Below, piece after piece: positions 1 to 12,706 of a stretch of 64,000 nt of DNA. A program made the translations under genes and the position numbers. This stretch comes from Pristiophorus japonicus (Eukaryota), in NCBI RefSeq assembly GCF_044704955.1, contig NC_091997.1, positions 5,890,001 to 5,954,000 on the forward strand. Reading direction: 5' to 3'. The stretch's first letter is position 1. Each line of letters begins with the position of its first letter. Below the pieces are notes generated by a model. The model searched no databases. It was not told the DNA's origin and saw nothing but the letters and a program-made list of their open reading frames with translations.

Positions 1-2139
1 TCAAAGGATGATAAATGCTATGACATGTCAGATAAGGTGGTAGTCAAAAATGTCCTTTATGTTTTTTTTTCCCAAGTCAGAGTTGTAGAGAGATGAGCTG
101 ATTGTGACTGTCACTGCCATATTCTACCTGCAAAATGCAGTGCAGCCACAAACTGGTAGTGTTGAAAAGAAACAACTGTTCTGAGTATTTCCTAGTTGGT
201 TTTTGTGACTTTAGTGAACCTTTAACACCATGCATAGCTTCAGTGTTGGGCCACAGACAGGTAGTCACCTTCAAACTTTATATGTGTGTATAAAAATAAC
301 TTCTCAACTGCTGGTATTCAACAAATAGTGTAGCCCTTAATTATTGAGTTAGTACTTGCACATCTTGTGGGTTCACCATAACGTTCATTACTTGGCAGTT
401 CATACATTGTGGATTAATTGCCATCAGTCTGTTTCCAAGCAATTTTAATGTGGTGACAAACTAATTGGTCTTGGGTGGGGTGGGAGTTTCACAGTTTTAT
501 TCAGCACTCTTAATTTATATTTTAAAAAATTAATGGATGTGGGAATCTTGCTAGTTCCAGCCAGGTGCACATTAATTCTGCCAGGAATAATGGGTAACAG
601 TATGCCACACATGGCCTTGCATAAACTGCTGTATTAGTTATTCAAGCTTTAGTTGGAATTATTTATTAATCAGTCACAAAGCTAGACTTGGCTATAAGTA
701 ACTGCCTTCCTTATATCAAAGGTTATTGAAATACCAGGTTAGATTTTTGCCTTCACTGCCTGGTGGAATGAAAATTGGCTGGATCTAAAATGGACAAATG
801 ATCTGCTCCCCAGGCAGTGAAGACACAAATTTACCCTACTGTTTTTTTTTTTATCCTCTTAAATGTGAGCTCAAGCTGGGGTTGATTGGTGTGTAGGGAG
901 GTTCTGGGATTGCTGGGAGTGAGTTCAAGGTCTAGGGAAAATGAGTGGTTATAGGTTTAGGGAATTGAGAATGTTCTAGGTGTTTATAAGCATTGAAAAT
1001 CTAAATGGGAAAGAAGGAGGGAGCAGTGGGACTCGATGGGATTTTTTGGGGCATTGTGGGGGAGCAGGTGGCCCAGGAGAATGGGACCAAAACTCATTGG
1101 CTCCTTCTGAATCATTAGGCTTCAACCCTCCATCACTACCTCTTTCTCATCATCAGCCAGTTTCTGTCTTTGTTCTTGCCTTCAAGTGTTTAAACTGCTC
1201 GAAGAAAATCATGGGCTGGAAGTGCACAATTGCTAGGTTTGTACAAAGTGCTTGCTGACTTTTTTTTTAAAAAGACAAACCAATTATCTCAACACTGAAT
1301 TCAGCACTTGTAGTTTCCTTTTTCTTGTATAAAAAATCATTAAGATTCAAATGTTTTTTTTGACAAACCGTTCAGTCTTAAACATTTTTCTTTTGAGCAG
1401 TAACACAGAATTTTGTATGTTTGTTTTCCAAATGCTGCTGCAGTTTTCTGTGGAGTTCATAAGGCATTGAAATTTGTATAAATCCATCCCTTGCCTGAAG
1501 TAAAAGCTTTGAGAATTCAATTTTTGCTTTTAGAATCTCATCCTCAGGATGAAAGGCAGCTCTCTCATCTATCTACTTTTGGATATAAAAGATGGTTAGT
1601 GAGGAAAATGGCAGATAACATTTTCAAGAGATTGGTCAATCTGCTCCAGTGCTGCCCAGTGGCCAAAGTATGGAACTGTGACTTGAACCAAGCTTCATCG
1701 CAACCCAGACTTTTGTGACTGAAAAACATAAAGGGAAACCCTTATTACAGTTTCCCTTACAGACCTCCAGGGCAACTATAGGTGTGGATATAAGTAATGT
1801 TAAAATTTTCACAAGGAATGTTGACAGGACATCGCAATGCATACATAGTGGGAATGTCAGTGTGGCAATCCAGCACTTCATGGTAGGTTGGCTCAAATGC
1901 CCAGCATAAAACATTTTCTCTTTTTTGGGGGGGGGGGAGGAAGAAAGAAGGAGGGAGGAGTCTTTTGTAGAAAGAATATAATACAAAAATGTAGAGGTGT
2001 TGGGAGGAGGAAAAAAGAGGAATAATAGTATATTTTTGTCAATCATTTAAATATTGTTTGCGTGCTAGCTGCATTCATTTCGGCAAATGCAATTGGCACT
2101 TTATGGTTCACTTTGAACTATGTTTCTATTCCTGAATAG

Positions 2140-2182
2140 ATTGAAGCGCAAGAGGAGGAAGATGAGGGCGAGGTCAAAGTGA
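2140..2182 (+). CDS. rpl41: Last coding exon of ribosomal protein L41 (eL41/eS32); upstream exons not found in the window
   Basis: Acceptor tttctattcctgaatAG (AG at 2138-2139), then A|TTG AAG CGC AAG AGG AGG AAG ATG AGG GCG AGG TCA AAG TGA = (R)LKRKRRKMRARSK*. This matches the RPL41 C-terminus (human LKRKRRKMRQRSK) with a phase-2 junction. Too short for the ORF track. Confidence 0.9.
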
Positions 2183-2361
2183 GACCCGCTACTAAGGAGC
2201 GGCAAGACCACGGTGACTGGCGGCTGTTTTACAGTTCAACTTTGTCAGTGGTGAATGGAAGATTTTCCGGCTTCAGTATTTCAAGGGCTGCTTGTTTGTT
2301 TCAGTTACTGAACTTTGTTATGGAATGTGTTTTAATGCTGTTTTTGACTTTTTGTTATAAA

Positions 2362-2372
2362 ATTAAATTAAA
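2362..2372 (+). terminator. Candidate polyadenylation signals of rpl41 (two overlapping ATTAAA)
   Basis: ATTAAATTAAA about 180 nt after the stop codon, followed by T/GT-rich sequence. Confidence 0.45.
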
Positions 2373-2973
2373 ATTATTGACTGTTTTGAAAGGTTTTTTA
2401 AATCTAGAGAAGTGCACTTTAAAGCCAAGCAAGAAAGTAGAATGATCATTTTACTATAATGGCAGATTTATATTTTCCCCCATTTCTAGTGATTCTAAAG
2501 TTAATAAGCAAAATGCTGGTTCTTGTTTCTCATATAATTGAATTTCAGTTTGGCACTCTTGTATTATTTAACAACCTGATTATTATCCACTGGAATTTAC
2601 ATCTGACAACACTGCCACATTGCACAACTCATTGATGCCTCTCCTGTCTGGTGTAAATCACCCTTGCAGTGCAAGAAAGATTAAGTTCAATATTTGTATT
2701 GATTGTCTTTTTTCCTGTGCCAAGGGTATTGTTCTAGCATGGGCAAAATGTGGAAAATATCCACTAAAGGGGTTAGAATTGTACAACACAGAAGGAGATC
2801 AATCGGCCTATTGTGGCTGCTGGTTCTGAAAAGAGCTCTCTAATTCATTCTCTTTTCCCCATGGCACTGCAGATTTTTTCTTTTCACGAATATATCCTGT
2901 TCCCTTTTTGAAAGTTACTGAATGGTTCTTTGTCATTATTATGGATGATAGAGGTTCCACTTTGCAGTGTTTA

Positions 2974-4387
2974 TATTGTACAACTGCCCAAGTAAACCAG
3001 ACACCAATTATAACCTACCTGAGCAAGGCAAGTTTATACAGGCAATATCCATTATAGATTTATGAAAGGGAAATCATGCTTGACAAATCTAGTTTTTTGA
3101 GGATGTAACTAATAGAGAGGATAAGGGAGAACTAGTGGATGTGGTGTATTTGGCCTTTCAAAAGGCTTTTGACTAGGTCCCACACAAGAGATTAGTGTGC
3201 AAAATTAAGGTACATGGTATTGGGGGTAATGTGTTGGCAGACAGGCAGCAAAGGGAATAAATTGGTTCTTTTCAGAATGGCAGGTAGCGACTCACGGTTT
3301 GGTGCTGGGATCCCAACTAAAAATATATAATGATTTAGACAAAGGAATTGAATGTAATATCTCAAAGTTTGCAGATGACACTAAGCTGGGTGGCAGTGCG
3401 AGCTGTGAGGAGGCTGCAGGGGGACTTGGACAGGTTAGGTGAATGGGCAAATTAATGACAGATGCAGTATAATGTGGATGAGTATGAGGTTATCCACTTT
3501 GGTGGCAAAAACAGGAAGGCAGATTATCTGAATGGTAACGGATTAGTAAAAGGAGGTGCAACGAGACCTGGGTGTTATGGTACATCAGTCATTGAAGGTA
3601 GGCATGCAGGTACGGCAGGCAGTAAAGAAAGCAACTGGCATGCTAGCCTTCATAGTGAGGGGATTTGAGTATAGGATCAGGAGGTCTTACTGCAGTTGTA
3701 CAAGGCATTGGTGAGACCACACCTTGAGTACTGTGTGCAGTCTTGGTCTCCTAATCTGAGGAAGGACATTTTTGCTATTGAAGTGCGTTGAAGGTTCACC
3801 AGACTAATTCCTGGCAGAGCAGGACTGACATGAAGAAAGACTGGATCGACTAGGCTTATATTCACGAATTAAGAATGGGAGGGGATCTTACAGAAACATA
3901 AAATTCTGATGGGATTGGACAGGTTAAATGCAGGAAGAATGTTCCCTATGTTGAAGTCCAGAACCAGGGGTCACAGTCTAAGGATAAGAGGTAAGCAACT
4001 TAGGGCTGAGATGAGGAGAAACTTATTCACTCAGCATTGTGAACCTGTGGAATTCTTTACCACAAAGTTGTTGAGGCCAGTTCGTTAGATTCAAAAAGGG
4101 AGTTAGATGTGGCCCTTATGGCTAAAGGGATCAAGGGGTGTGCAGAGAAAGCATGAATGGGATACTGAAGTTGCATGATCACATTGAATGGTGGTGCAGG
4201 CTCGAATGGCCTACTGCACCTATTTTCTATGTTTACTCATTGCTTGAATCATTACTGTCCTAAAAATCTTACTATTTTGCATTCTAAATTCCTATTTCCA
4301 TATCTATAATGGATATTGCCTGTGTAAACTTGTCTTGCTCAGGCAGGTTATAATTCGTGTCTGGTTTACTTGGGCAGTTGTACAATA
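2974..4387. repeat. ~86-bp inverted repeat arms (2974-3059 and 4302-4387) flanking a CR1 fragment
   Basis: tattgtacaactgcccaagtaaaccagac...atatccattatagat is the reverse complement, with few mismatches, of atctataatggatat...gtctggtttacttgggcagttgtacaata. Confidence 0.85.
3057..4234 (+). mobile_element. 5'-truncated, decayed CR1 LINE (RT C-terminal part and 3' tail)
   Basis: [19 protein letters not shown] and RPHLEYCVQ-like coding remnants; ends cctattttctatgttt. Confidence 0.9.
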
Positions 4388-4959
4388 CAAATGTGCACTT
4401 TGGGAGTTAAATATCAATAACAATGTATTGCAACAAAATAGAGACTGAATTTCATGGCTGGCAGTGCTTAAGCAGGAACTTCTTATCATAGGCTGATGGA
4501 AAATAACTTCATGCTCAATAGCTTAGATATTTAATGAGATTCTGGTGAGGTGCTGATTTTTCTCTTGTACTTTTCATACAAAACAAATACTGTGTCAAAT
4601 TCAGACCAACACCACTAGGTTACATAGTGATGCCTTTTTTTGAGCCTATTTAATGAATTATTAAACTTAAGGTTTTCAATTTTGTTCTTAGTGCACTAAC
4701 AATAGGTGGCAGCAAATCTCCAGTTTAATCAAGTGGTTCTGCTGAGATCAAACAAAGAGCAAAGGTTTCCAAATAATAGCAGAGGCCCACAATTGCACTT
4801 ACATTTACTGTCTGCTCTAATACTGTTCTTTTAGTTACAATGTGGATATGTTTGCAGAAGACAGTCGGAGGAAGGCGAAGAGGATTTTTAAAAAAAAACT
4901 TATAATTTATAAAGGATTGGAGGAATGCAGAAGTTGCTAGATGAAAAGAGACCATGATC

Positions 4960-5885
4960 CTAGAATAGTACAGCACAGGAGGCAGCCATTCAGTCTGTGC
5001 CAGCTCTTTTGAAAAGCAAACTAGTTAGTCTCGTTGCACTGAAATTATTTTCTGCAAGTATTTATCCAATTCCTTTTTGAAGGCTGCAATTGAATCTGTA
5101 TCCACCCAATAAGGCAATCCATAAAAGATTTTCCTCGTGTTGCCTCTGTTTCTTTTGCTAATCGCCTTAAATCTGTGCCCTCTGGTTTTCAACCCCAGCC
5201 ATTGGAAATAGTTTCCAATTTATTTACTCTTAACTAAATCCTTAATTTTAAACACCTGTATCAAACCTCCTCTTGGCCTTCTCTGGTCCAAGGAGATTAA
5301 TCCCAGCTTTTCCAGTCTATTCACGTAACTAGTTCCTCATCCCTGGAACCATTCTCGTAAATTTCTTATATACCCTTTGGGGTCAAACTAGTGTTTTAAA
5401 TAGATTTTGACTAACTTCCTGGCTTTTTGTACTCTATGCCTCTATAAAGCCCAGGATCCTATATGCTTTGTTAACCTGTCCTGCCACCTTCAAAGATTTG
5501 TGCATAAACACCCCCAGGTCTCTTGCAGCATTGTATCCTCTCTCATTCTTACTAAAATATATCACCTCATTTTTCTGCATTGAATTTCATCTGCCCATGT
5601 CCTCTTGAAGTCTATTACCTGTACTATCTTCCTCACTGTTCACTACACTTCCAAATTTCATGTAATTTGCAAATTTTGAAATTGTGCCCTGTACCCACAA
5701 GTCTTTACTGCATATCAAAAACAGTGGTCCTAGTACTGAACCCTGGTGAATACCACTGTATATCTCCCTCCAGTTTGGAAAAAACAGCCATTCATCACAA
5801 CTGTTTTCTATTCCTTAGCCAATTTTGTATTCATGCAGCTTCCCCTTTTATCATATGGGCTTCAATTTTGTTAACCAATCTTATA
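4960..5885 (-). mobile_element. Old, degraded CR1/L2-type LINE 3' remnant
   Basis: 3'-end motif agtacagcacaggagg..gccatt and decayed RT-like sequence (aatttgcaaattttga). Confidence 0.55.
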
Positions 5886-6896
5886 TGTTACGTAGGATAT
5901 ACGACACAGAAACAGGCCATTCGCCCCAACCAGTCCATCATCATTATGGGCGGTCCCTCAAAATCGAGGAAGACTTGCTTCCATTCCAAAAGTGAGTTCT
6001 CAGGTGACGGAACAGTCCAATAAAGAAATTAGTCTGTCGCAAGTGGGACAGACAGGCGTTGGAGGAAAGGATGGGTGGTTTGCCGCACGCTCCTTCTGCT
6101 ATCTGCACTTGTTTTCTGCATGCTCTCGGTGATGAGATTAGGTGCTCAGCGCCCTCCTGGATGTTCTTCCTTCACTTAGGGCAGTCTTTGGCCAGGCACT
6201 CCGAGGTGTCGGGGATGTTGCATTTTATCAAGGAGACTTTGAGGTTATCCTTGAAACATTTGCCCACCTGGGGCTCGCTTGCTGTGTAGGAGTTGCAAGT
6301 AGAGCGCTTGCTTTGGGAGTCTTGTGTCTGTAATGCGGACAGTGTGGCCCACCCAACAGCTGGTTGAGTGTGGTCAGTGCTTCGATGCTGGGGATGTTGG
6401 CCTAATCGAGAACATTGACGTTGGTGTCTGTCCTCCCAGTGGATTTGCAGGATCTTGCAGAGGCATCGTTGGTGGTATTTCTCCAGCGATTTGAAGTGTC
6501 TACTGTATATGATCCACGTCTCTGAGCCATACAGAAGGGCGGGTATCACGACAGCCCTGTAGACCATAAGCTTGGTACCAGACACTCTTCCTCAGGCGGC
6601 CAAAGACTGCGTTGGCGCACTGGAGGCGGTGTCTGCCCTTGGTGATAATAGGCTCCCGAGGTGTGGAAAGTGGCCCACGTCGTCCAAGGTCATGCCGTGG
6701 ATCTTGATGACGGGGCAGTGCTGTGTGGCGGGGTCAGGTTGGTGGAGGACCTTTGTCTTATTGATGTTTAGTGTAAGGCCCATGCTTTCATACACCTCGA
6801 TGAAGGTGTTGACATAGAAAATAGGTGCAGGAGCAGGCCATTCAGCCCTTCGAGCCTGCACCGCCATTCAATGAGTTCATGGCTGAACATGAAACT

Positions 6897-9650
6897 TCAG
6901 TACCCCCTTCCTGCTTTCTCACCATACCCCTTGATCCCCCGAGTAGTAAGGACTTCATCTAACTCCCTTTTGAATATATTTAGTGAATTGGCCTCAACTA
7001 CTTTCTGTGGTAGAGAATTCCACAGGTTCACCACTCTCTGGATGAAGAAGTTTCTCCTCATCTCGGTCCTAAATGGCTTACCCCTTATCCTTAGACTGTG
7101 ACCCCTGGTTCTGGACTTCCCCAACATTGGGAACATTCTTCCTGCATCCAACCTATCCAAACCCGTCAGAATTTTAAACGTTTCTATGAGGTCCCCTCTC
7201 ACTCTTTTGAACTCCAGTGAATACAAGCCCAGTTGATCCAGTCTTTCTTGATAGGTCAGTCCCACCATCCCGGAATCAGTCTGGTGAATCTTCGCTGCAC
7301 TCAATAGCAAGAATGTCCTTCCTCAAGTTAGGAGACCAAAACTGCACACAATACTCCAGGTGTGGCCTCACCAAGGCCCTGTACACTGTAGCAACACCTC
7401 CCTGCCCCTGTACTCAAATCCCCTCGCTATGATGGCCAACATGCCATTTGCTTTCTTAACCGCCTGCTGTACCTGCATGCCAACCTTCAGTGACTGATGT
7501 ACCATGACACCCAGGTCTCGTTGCACCTCCCCTTTTCCTAATCTGTCACCATTCAGATAATAGTCTGTCTCTCTGTTTTTACCACCAAAGTGGATAACCT
7601 CACATTTATCCACATTATACTTCATCTGCCACGCATTTGCCCACTCACCTAACCTATCCAAGTCACTTTGCAACTTCATAGCATCCTCCTCGCAGCTCAC
7701 ACTGCCACCCAACTTAGTGTCATCCGCAAATTTGGAGATACTACATTTAATCCCCTCGTCTAAATCATTAATGTACAACAGCTGGGGCCCCAGCACAGAA
7801 CCCTGCGGTACCCCACTAGTCACTGCCTGCCATTCTGAAAAGTACCCATTTACTCCTACTCTTTGCTTCCTGTCTGACAACCAGTTCTCAATCCACGTCA
7901 GCACACTACCCCCAATCCCATGTGCTCTAACTTTGCACATTAATCTCCTGTGTGGGATCTTGTCGAAAGCCTTCTGAAAGTCCAAATATACCACATCAAC
8001 TGGTTCTCCTTTCTCCACTTTACTGGAAACATCCTCAAAAAATTCCAGAAGATTTGTCAAGCATGATTTCCCTTTCACAAATCCATGCTGACTTGGACCT
8101 ATCATGTCACCATTTTCCAAATGCGCTGCTATGACATCCTTAATAATTGATTCCATCATTTTACCCACTACTGAGGTCAGGCTGACCGGTCTATAATTCC
8201 CTGCTTTCTCTCTCCCTCCTTTTTTAAAAATTGGGGTTACATTGGCTACCCTCCACTCGATAGGAACTGATCTAGAGTCAATGGAATGTTGGAAAATGAC
8301 TGTCAATGCATCCGCTATTTCCAAGGCCACCTCCTTAAGTACTCTGGGATGCAGTCCATCAGGCCCTGGGGATTTATCGGCCTTCAATCCCATCAATTTC
8401 CCCAACACAATTTCCCGACTAATAAAGATTTCCCTCAGTTCCTCCTCCTTACTAGACCCTCTGACCCCTTTTATATCCGGAAGGTTGTTTGTGTCCTCCT
8501 TAGTGAATACCGAAACAAAGTACTTGTTCAATTGGTCTGCCATTTCTTTGTTCCCCGTTATGACTTCCCCTGATTCTGACAGCAGGGGACCTACGTTTGT
8601 CTTTACTAACCTTTTTCTCTTTACATACCTATAGAAACTTTTGCAATCCGCCTTAATGTTCCCTGCAAGCTTCTTCTCGTACTCCATTTTCCCTGCCCTA
8701 ATCAAACCCTTTGTCCTCCTCTGCTGAGTTCTAAATTTCTCCCAGTCCCCGGGTTCGCTGCTATTTCTGGCCAATTTGTATGCCACTTTCTTGGCTTTAA
8801 TACTATCCCTGATTTCCCTTGATAGCCACGGTTGAGCCACCTTCCCTTTTTTATTTTTACGCCAGACAGGAATGTACGATTGTTGTAATTCATCCATGTG
8901 GTCTCTAAATGTCTGCCATTGCCCATCCACAGTCAACCCCTTAAGTATCATTCGCCAATCTATCTTAGCCAATTCACGCCTCATACCTTCAAAGTTACCT
9001 TTCTTTAAGTTCTGGACCATGGTCTCTGAATTAACTGTTTCATTCTCCATCCTAATGCAGAATTCCATCATATTATGGTCACTCTTCCCCAAGGGGCCTC
9101 GCACAATGAGATTGCTAATTAATCCTCTCTCATTACCCAGCACCCAGTCTAAGATGGCCTCCCCTCTCGTTGGTTCCTCGACATATTGGTCTGGAAAACC
9201 ATCCCTTATGCACTCCAGGAAATCCTCCTCCACCGTATTGCTTCCAGTTTGGCTAGCCCAATCTATGTGCGTATTAAAGTCACCCATTATAGCTGCTGCA
9301 CCTTTATTGCATGCACTCCTAATTTCCTGTTTGATGCCATCCCCAACATCACTACTACTGTTTGGAGGTCTGTACACAACTCCCACTAACGTTTTTTGCC
9401 CTTTAGTGTTCTGCAGCTCTACCCATATAGATTCCACATCATCCAAGCTAATGTATTTCCTAACTATTGCATTAATCTCCTCTTTAACCAGCAATGCTAC
9501 CCCACCTCCTTTTCCTTTTATTCTATCCTTCCTGAATGTTGAATACCCCTGGATGTTGAGTTCCCAGCCCTGATCATCCTGGAGCCACGTCTCCGTAATC
9601 CCAATCACATCATATTTGTTAACATCTATTTGCACAGTTAATTCATCCAC
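6897..9650 (-). pseudogene. CR1 ORF2 (APE endonuclease and reverse transcriptase), frameshifted near the C-terminus
   Basis: 760-aa ORF with [24 protein letters not shown] and SKFADDTKL; C-terminus continues in another frame (6897-7310). Confidence 0.93.
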
Positions 9651-9867
9651 CTTATTGCGGAAATCCTTGCATTAAGACACAAAGCCTTCAGGCTTGTTTT
9701 TTTAACACCCTTTGTCCTTTTAGAATTTTGTTGTACAGTGGCCCTTTTTGTTCTTTGCCTTGGGTTTCTCTGCCCTCCACTTTCCTTCATCTCCTTTCTG
9801 TCTTTTGCTTTTGCCTCCTTTTTGTCTCCCTCTGTCTCCCTGCATAGGTTCCCATCCCCCTGCCATA

Positions 9868-10912
9868 TTAGTTTAACTCCTCTCCAACAGCACTAGCAAA
9901 TACTCCCCCTAGGACATTGGTTCCGGTCCTGCCCAGGTGCAGACCGTCCGGTTTGTACTGATCCCACCTCCCCCAGAACCGGTTCCAATGCCCCAGGAAC
10001 TTGAATCCCTCCCTGCTGCACCACTGCTCAAGCCACGTATTCATAGCGCCGCGGATCAAAGTTGAATGTTCAGCCATGAACTCATTGAATGGCGGTGCAG
10101 GCTAGAAGGGCCGAATGGCCTACTCCTGCACCTATTTTCTATGTTTCTATCCTGCGATTCCTACTCTGACTAGCACGTGGCACTGGTAGCAATCCCGAGA
10201 TTACTACTTTTGAGGTCCTACTTTTTAATTTAGCTCCTAGCTCCTTAAATTCTTTTCGTAGGACCTCATCCCTTTTTTTACCTATGTCGTTGGTACCAAT
10301 GTGCACCACGACAACTGGCTGTTCTCCCTCCCATTTCAGAATGTCCTGCACCAGCTCCGAGACATCCTTGATCCTTGCACCAGGGAGGCAACATACCATC
10401 CTGGAGTCTCGGTTGCGGCCGCAGAAACGCCTATCTATTCCCCTCACCATCGAATCCCCTATCACTATCGCGCTCCCAATCTTTTTCCTGCCCTCCTGTG
10501 CAGCAGAGCCAGCCATGGTGCCATGAACTTGGCTGCTGCTGCCCTCCCCTGATGAGTCATCCCCCCCAACAGTACTCAAAGCGGTGTATCTGTTTTGCAG
10601 GGGGATGACCACAGGGGATCCCTGCACTGTCTTTCTTGCACTGCTCTTCCTGCTGGTCTTCCATTCCCTATCTGGCTGTGGACCCTTCTCCTGCGGTAGG
10701 ACCAACTCACTACACGTGATACTCACGTCATTCTCAGCATCGTGGATACTCCAGAGTGAATCCACCCTCAGCTCCAACTCCGCAACGCGGACCGTCAAGA
10801 GCTCGAGGCGGATACACTTCCCACACATGTAGCCCCCAGGGACACTGGAAGTGTCCCCGAGTTCCTACATGGTACAGGAGGAGCATATCACGTGACCGAG
10901 CTCTCCTGCCAT
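9868..10912 (-). pseudogene. CR1 ORF1 (CxxC zinc-finger motifs, coiled coil, SGNH/GDSL esterase), disrupted
   Basis: ATG at 10912 gives MAGELGHVICSSCTM* (premature stop), then MCGKC...VIGDSMVRG...HIGTND...DGLHL; interrupted by a short insertion at ~10045-10146. Confidence 0.85.
10045..10146 (+). mobile_element. ~100-bp CR1 3'-tail fragment inserted antisense into CR1 ORF1
   Basis: tgttcagccatgaactcattgaatggcggtgcagg...cctattttctatgtttctat, same 3' UTR family as 6814-6895 but on the opposite strand. Confidence 0.85.
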
Positions 10913-11102
10913 GCCTTAACCTTAGATACCCTTAAATTGGTAATAACAATGCTAAAGTTCACTTACTGATATAAAAAATAAAGGAAAAGCTACTCACCAA
11001 TCACCAGCCAATCACTTACCCCATTGGCTGTGACGTCACTTTTTGATTCCTTTCTACTTCTATTTTGCTTTCTCTCCCGCTGTAGCTGCACCGGTTGCCT
11101 TT

Positions 11103-11321
11103 ATAGGCCGCTCCCCTCTCACCAACTGCCGCTGGCTCTCGATCTCCCGCTGGGCCTTTGATAGGTCGCTCCCCTCTCACCAACTGCCGCTGGCTCTCGA
11201 TCTCCCGCTGGGCCTTTGATAGGTCGCTCCCCTCTCACCAACTGCCGCTGGCTCTCGATCTCCCGCTGGGCCTTTGATAGGTCGTTCCCCTCTCACCAAC
11301 TGCCGCTGGCTCTCGATCTCC
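11103..11321. repeat. 58-bp tandem repeat (~3.8 copies) in the CR1 5' UTR
   Basis: Unit ataggtcgctcccctctcaccaactgccgctggctctcgatctcccgctgggcctttg starts at 11103, 11161, 11219 and 11277. Confidence 0.92.
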
Positions 11322-12706
11322 ATTGACGATGACTTGGAGTTCAACCTCTGAATGTGCGCAGACACAAGCGGTGTCCGCATACTGTGGTTAGACGACAGAG
11401 GATGGGACGGTCTTGGATCTGGCCTGGAGGTGACGAAGGTTGAACAGGTTCCCACTGGTTCAATAGTTTAGTTCCACTCCAGCAGGGAGCTTGTTGAGTG
11501 TGAGGTGGAGCATGGCAGCGAGGCTGATCGAGAAGAGGGTTGGCGCGATGGCGCAGCCCTGCCTGACCCCGGTTCAGACGTTCATTGGGTCTGTGGTGGA
11601 TCCGTTGGTCAGGATCACGGCTTGGCCATCGTGGAGCAGGTGAGGATGGCGACAAACTTTTGGGGGCATCCGAAACGGAGGAAGACGCTCCATAGTCCCT
11701 CGTGGTTAACCATGTCAAAGGCCTCTGTAAGGTCAAAGAAGCCATGTACAAGGGTTGGTGCTGTTCCCTTCATTTCTCTTGCAGTTGTCGCGCTGTAAAG
11801 ATCATGTCCGTTGAACCCGTAATGGACGGAATCCACACTGTGACTCCGGGCAGGGCTCCTGAACCACAGGGAGAAGACGGTTGAGGAGTATTCTAGCGAT
11901 GACTTTCCCAGTGGCTGATAACAGGAAGATTCCTCTGTAGTTGCCGCAGTCTGACTTGTCCCCTTTTTTAAAGATGGTCACAATTGCTGCATCTCTGAGA
12001 TCTCCCGGCATGCTCTCCTCCTACCAGATGAGGTCATGCAAATAGTGCCTCTCCGCCATACTTTAGTGCCTCAGCGGGGATTCCATCCGCTGTTCTTGCT
12101 TTGTTCTTGAGCTGACTGAGGGCCTTTTCTACCTCGTGCAGGGCTGGGGTTATGCTGAGATGGTGGTGGGTAGCATGCTGCGGGATGGAATCAAGAGAGC
12201 CCTATACAGCCAGCGCCTCACAGCTAACCTGGCGACCCCTAATGAGCCCGAGACGCACAGTGCCCACGGCGCTTGGTCTGCCCTCCAGGCCACCATAACC
12301 AGTGCCTGTGAAGAGATGCTCGGTCACTCAACCAGGAAATACCAGGACTGGTTTGATGAGAATGACCAGGAGATCCAAGAGCTAATAGATTGCAAGTGCA
12401 GGGCATTTCTGAACCTAAAACAACAACCCAACTCGGGAGCAGCAAAGCAGCTTTAAGGCGGCTTTAAGGCCGAGGTCGAACAAAAAGCCCGCGACCTAAA
12501 GAATAGATGGTGGGTGGAGAAAGCACAGGCGATTCAGCAGCTGGCCGACAGCCATGGTGTGCGAGGATTCTTTACCGCAGTCAAATCCACCTACGGCCCA
12601 AGGTCCCACCCCACTGCTGGCCAAGAACAGGGAGATACCTCAAGGACACCGTGGCAGTCAGGACTCGCTGAAAGGAGCACTTCGACTCTGCCTTTGACAC
12701 GAGTGT

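Larger units (their letters stand above)
6814..11322 (-). mobile_element. Near full-length CR1 LINE (5' UTR repeats, ORF1, ORF2, 3' tail) inserted in the RTE
   Basis: TSD ttgac at 6809-6813 and 11323-11327; RTE sequence is continuous across the insertion; both ORFs present. Confidence 0.95.
5939..12706 (-). mobile_element. RTE-clade LINE with nested full-length CR1 and an inverted 5' segment (about 12196-12706 on +)
   Basis: (CAT)n tail at ~5937; peptides TKLMVYRAVVIPALLYGSETW, FDLTEAFDMVNHEGLW and GDKSDCGNYRGIFLLS on minus; DWFDENDQEIQELI on plus; TSD ccaaccagtccat at 5926-5938 and 12707-12719. Confidence 0.88.

Noticed and set aside
1931-1960. Possible rpl41 middle exon (ggaggaagaaag)
   Set aside because: Low-complexity purine run that does not encode WRKKRMRR and lacks splice sites.
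2179-2445. 88-aa ORF MRPATKERQ...
   Set aside because: GTG start overlapping the rpl41 stop codon and 3' UTR; no recognisable homology.
8872-9573. 233-aa plus-strand ORF
   Set aside because: Antisense shadow of the CR1 endonuclease coding region.
11103-11321. CRISPR-like array
   Set aside because: Contiguous tandem units with no unique spacers, inside a eukaryotic LINE 5' UTR.
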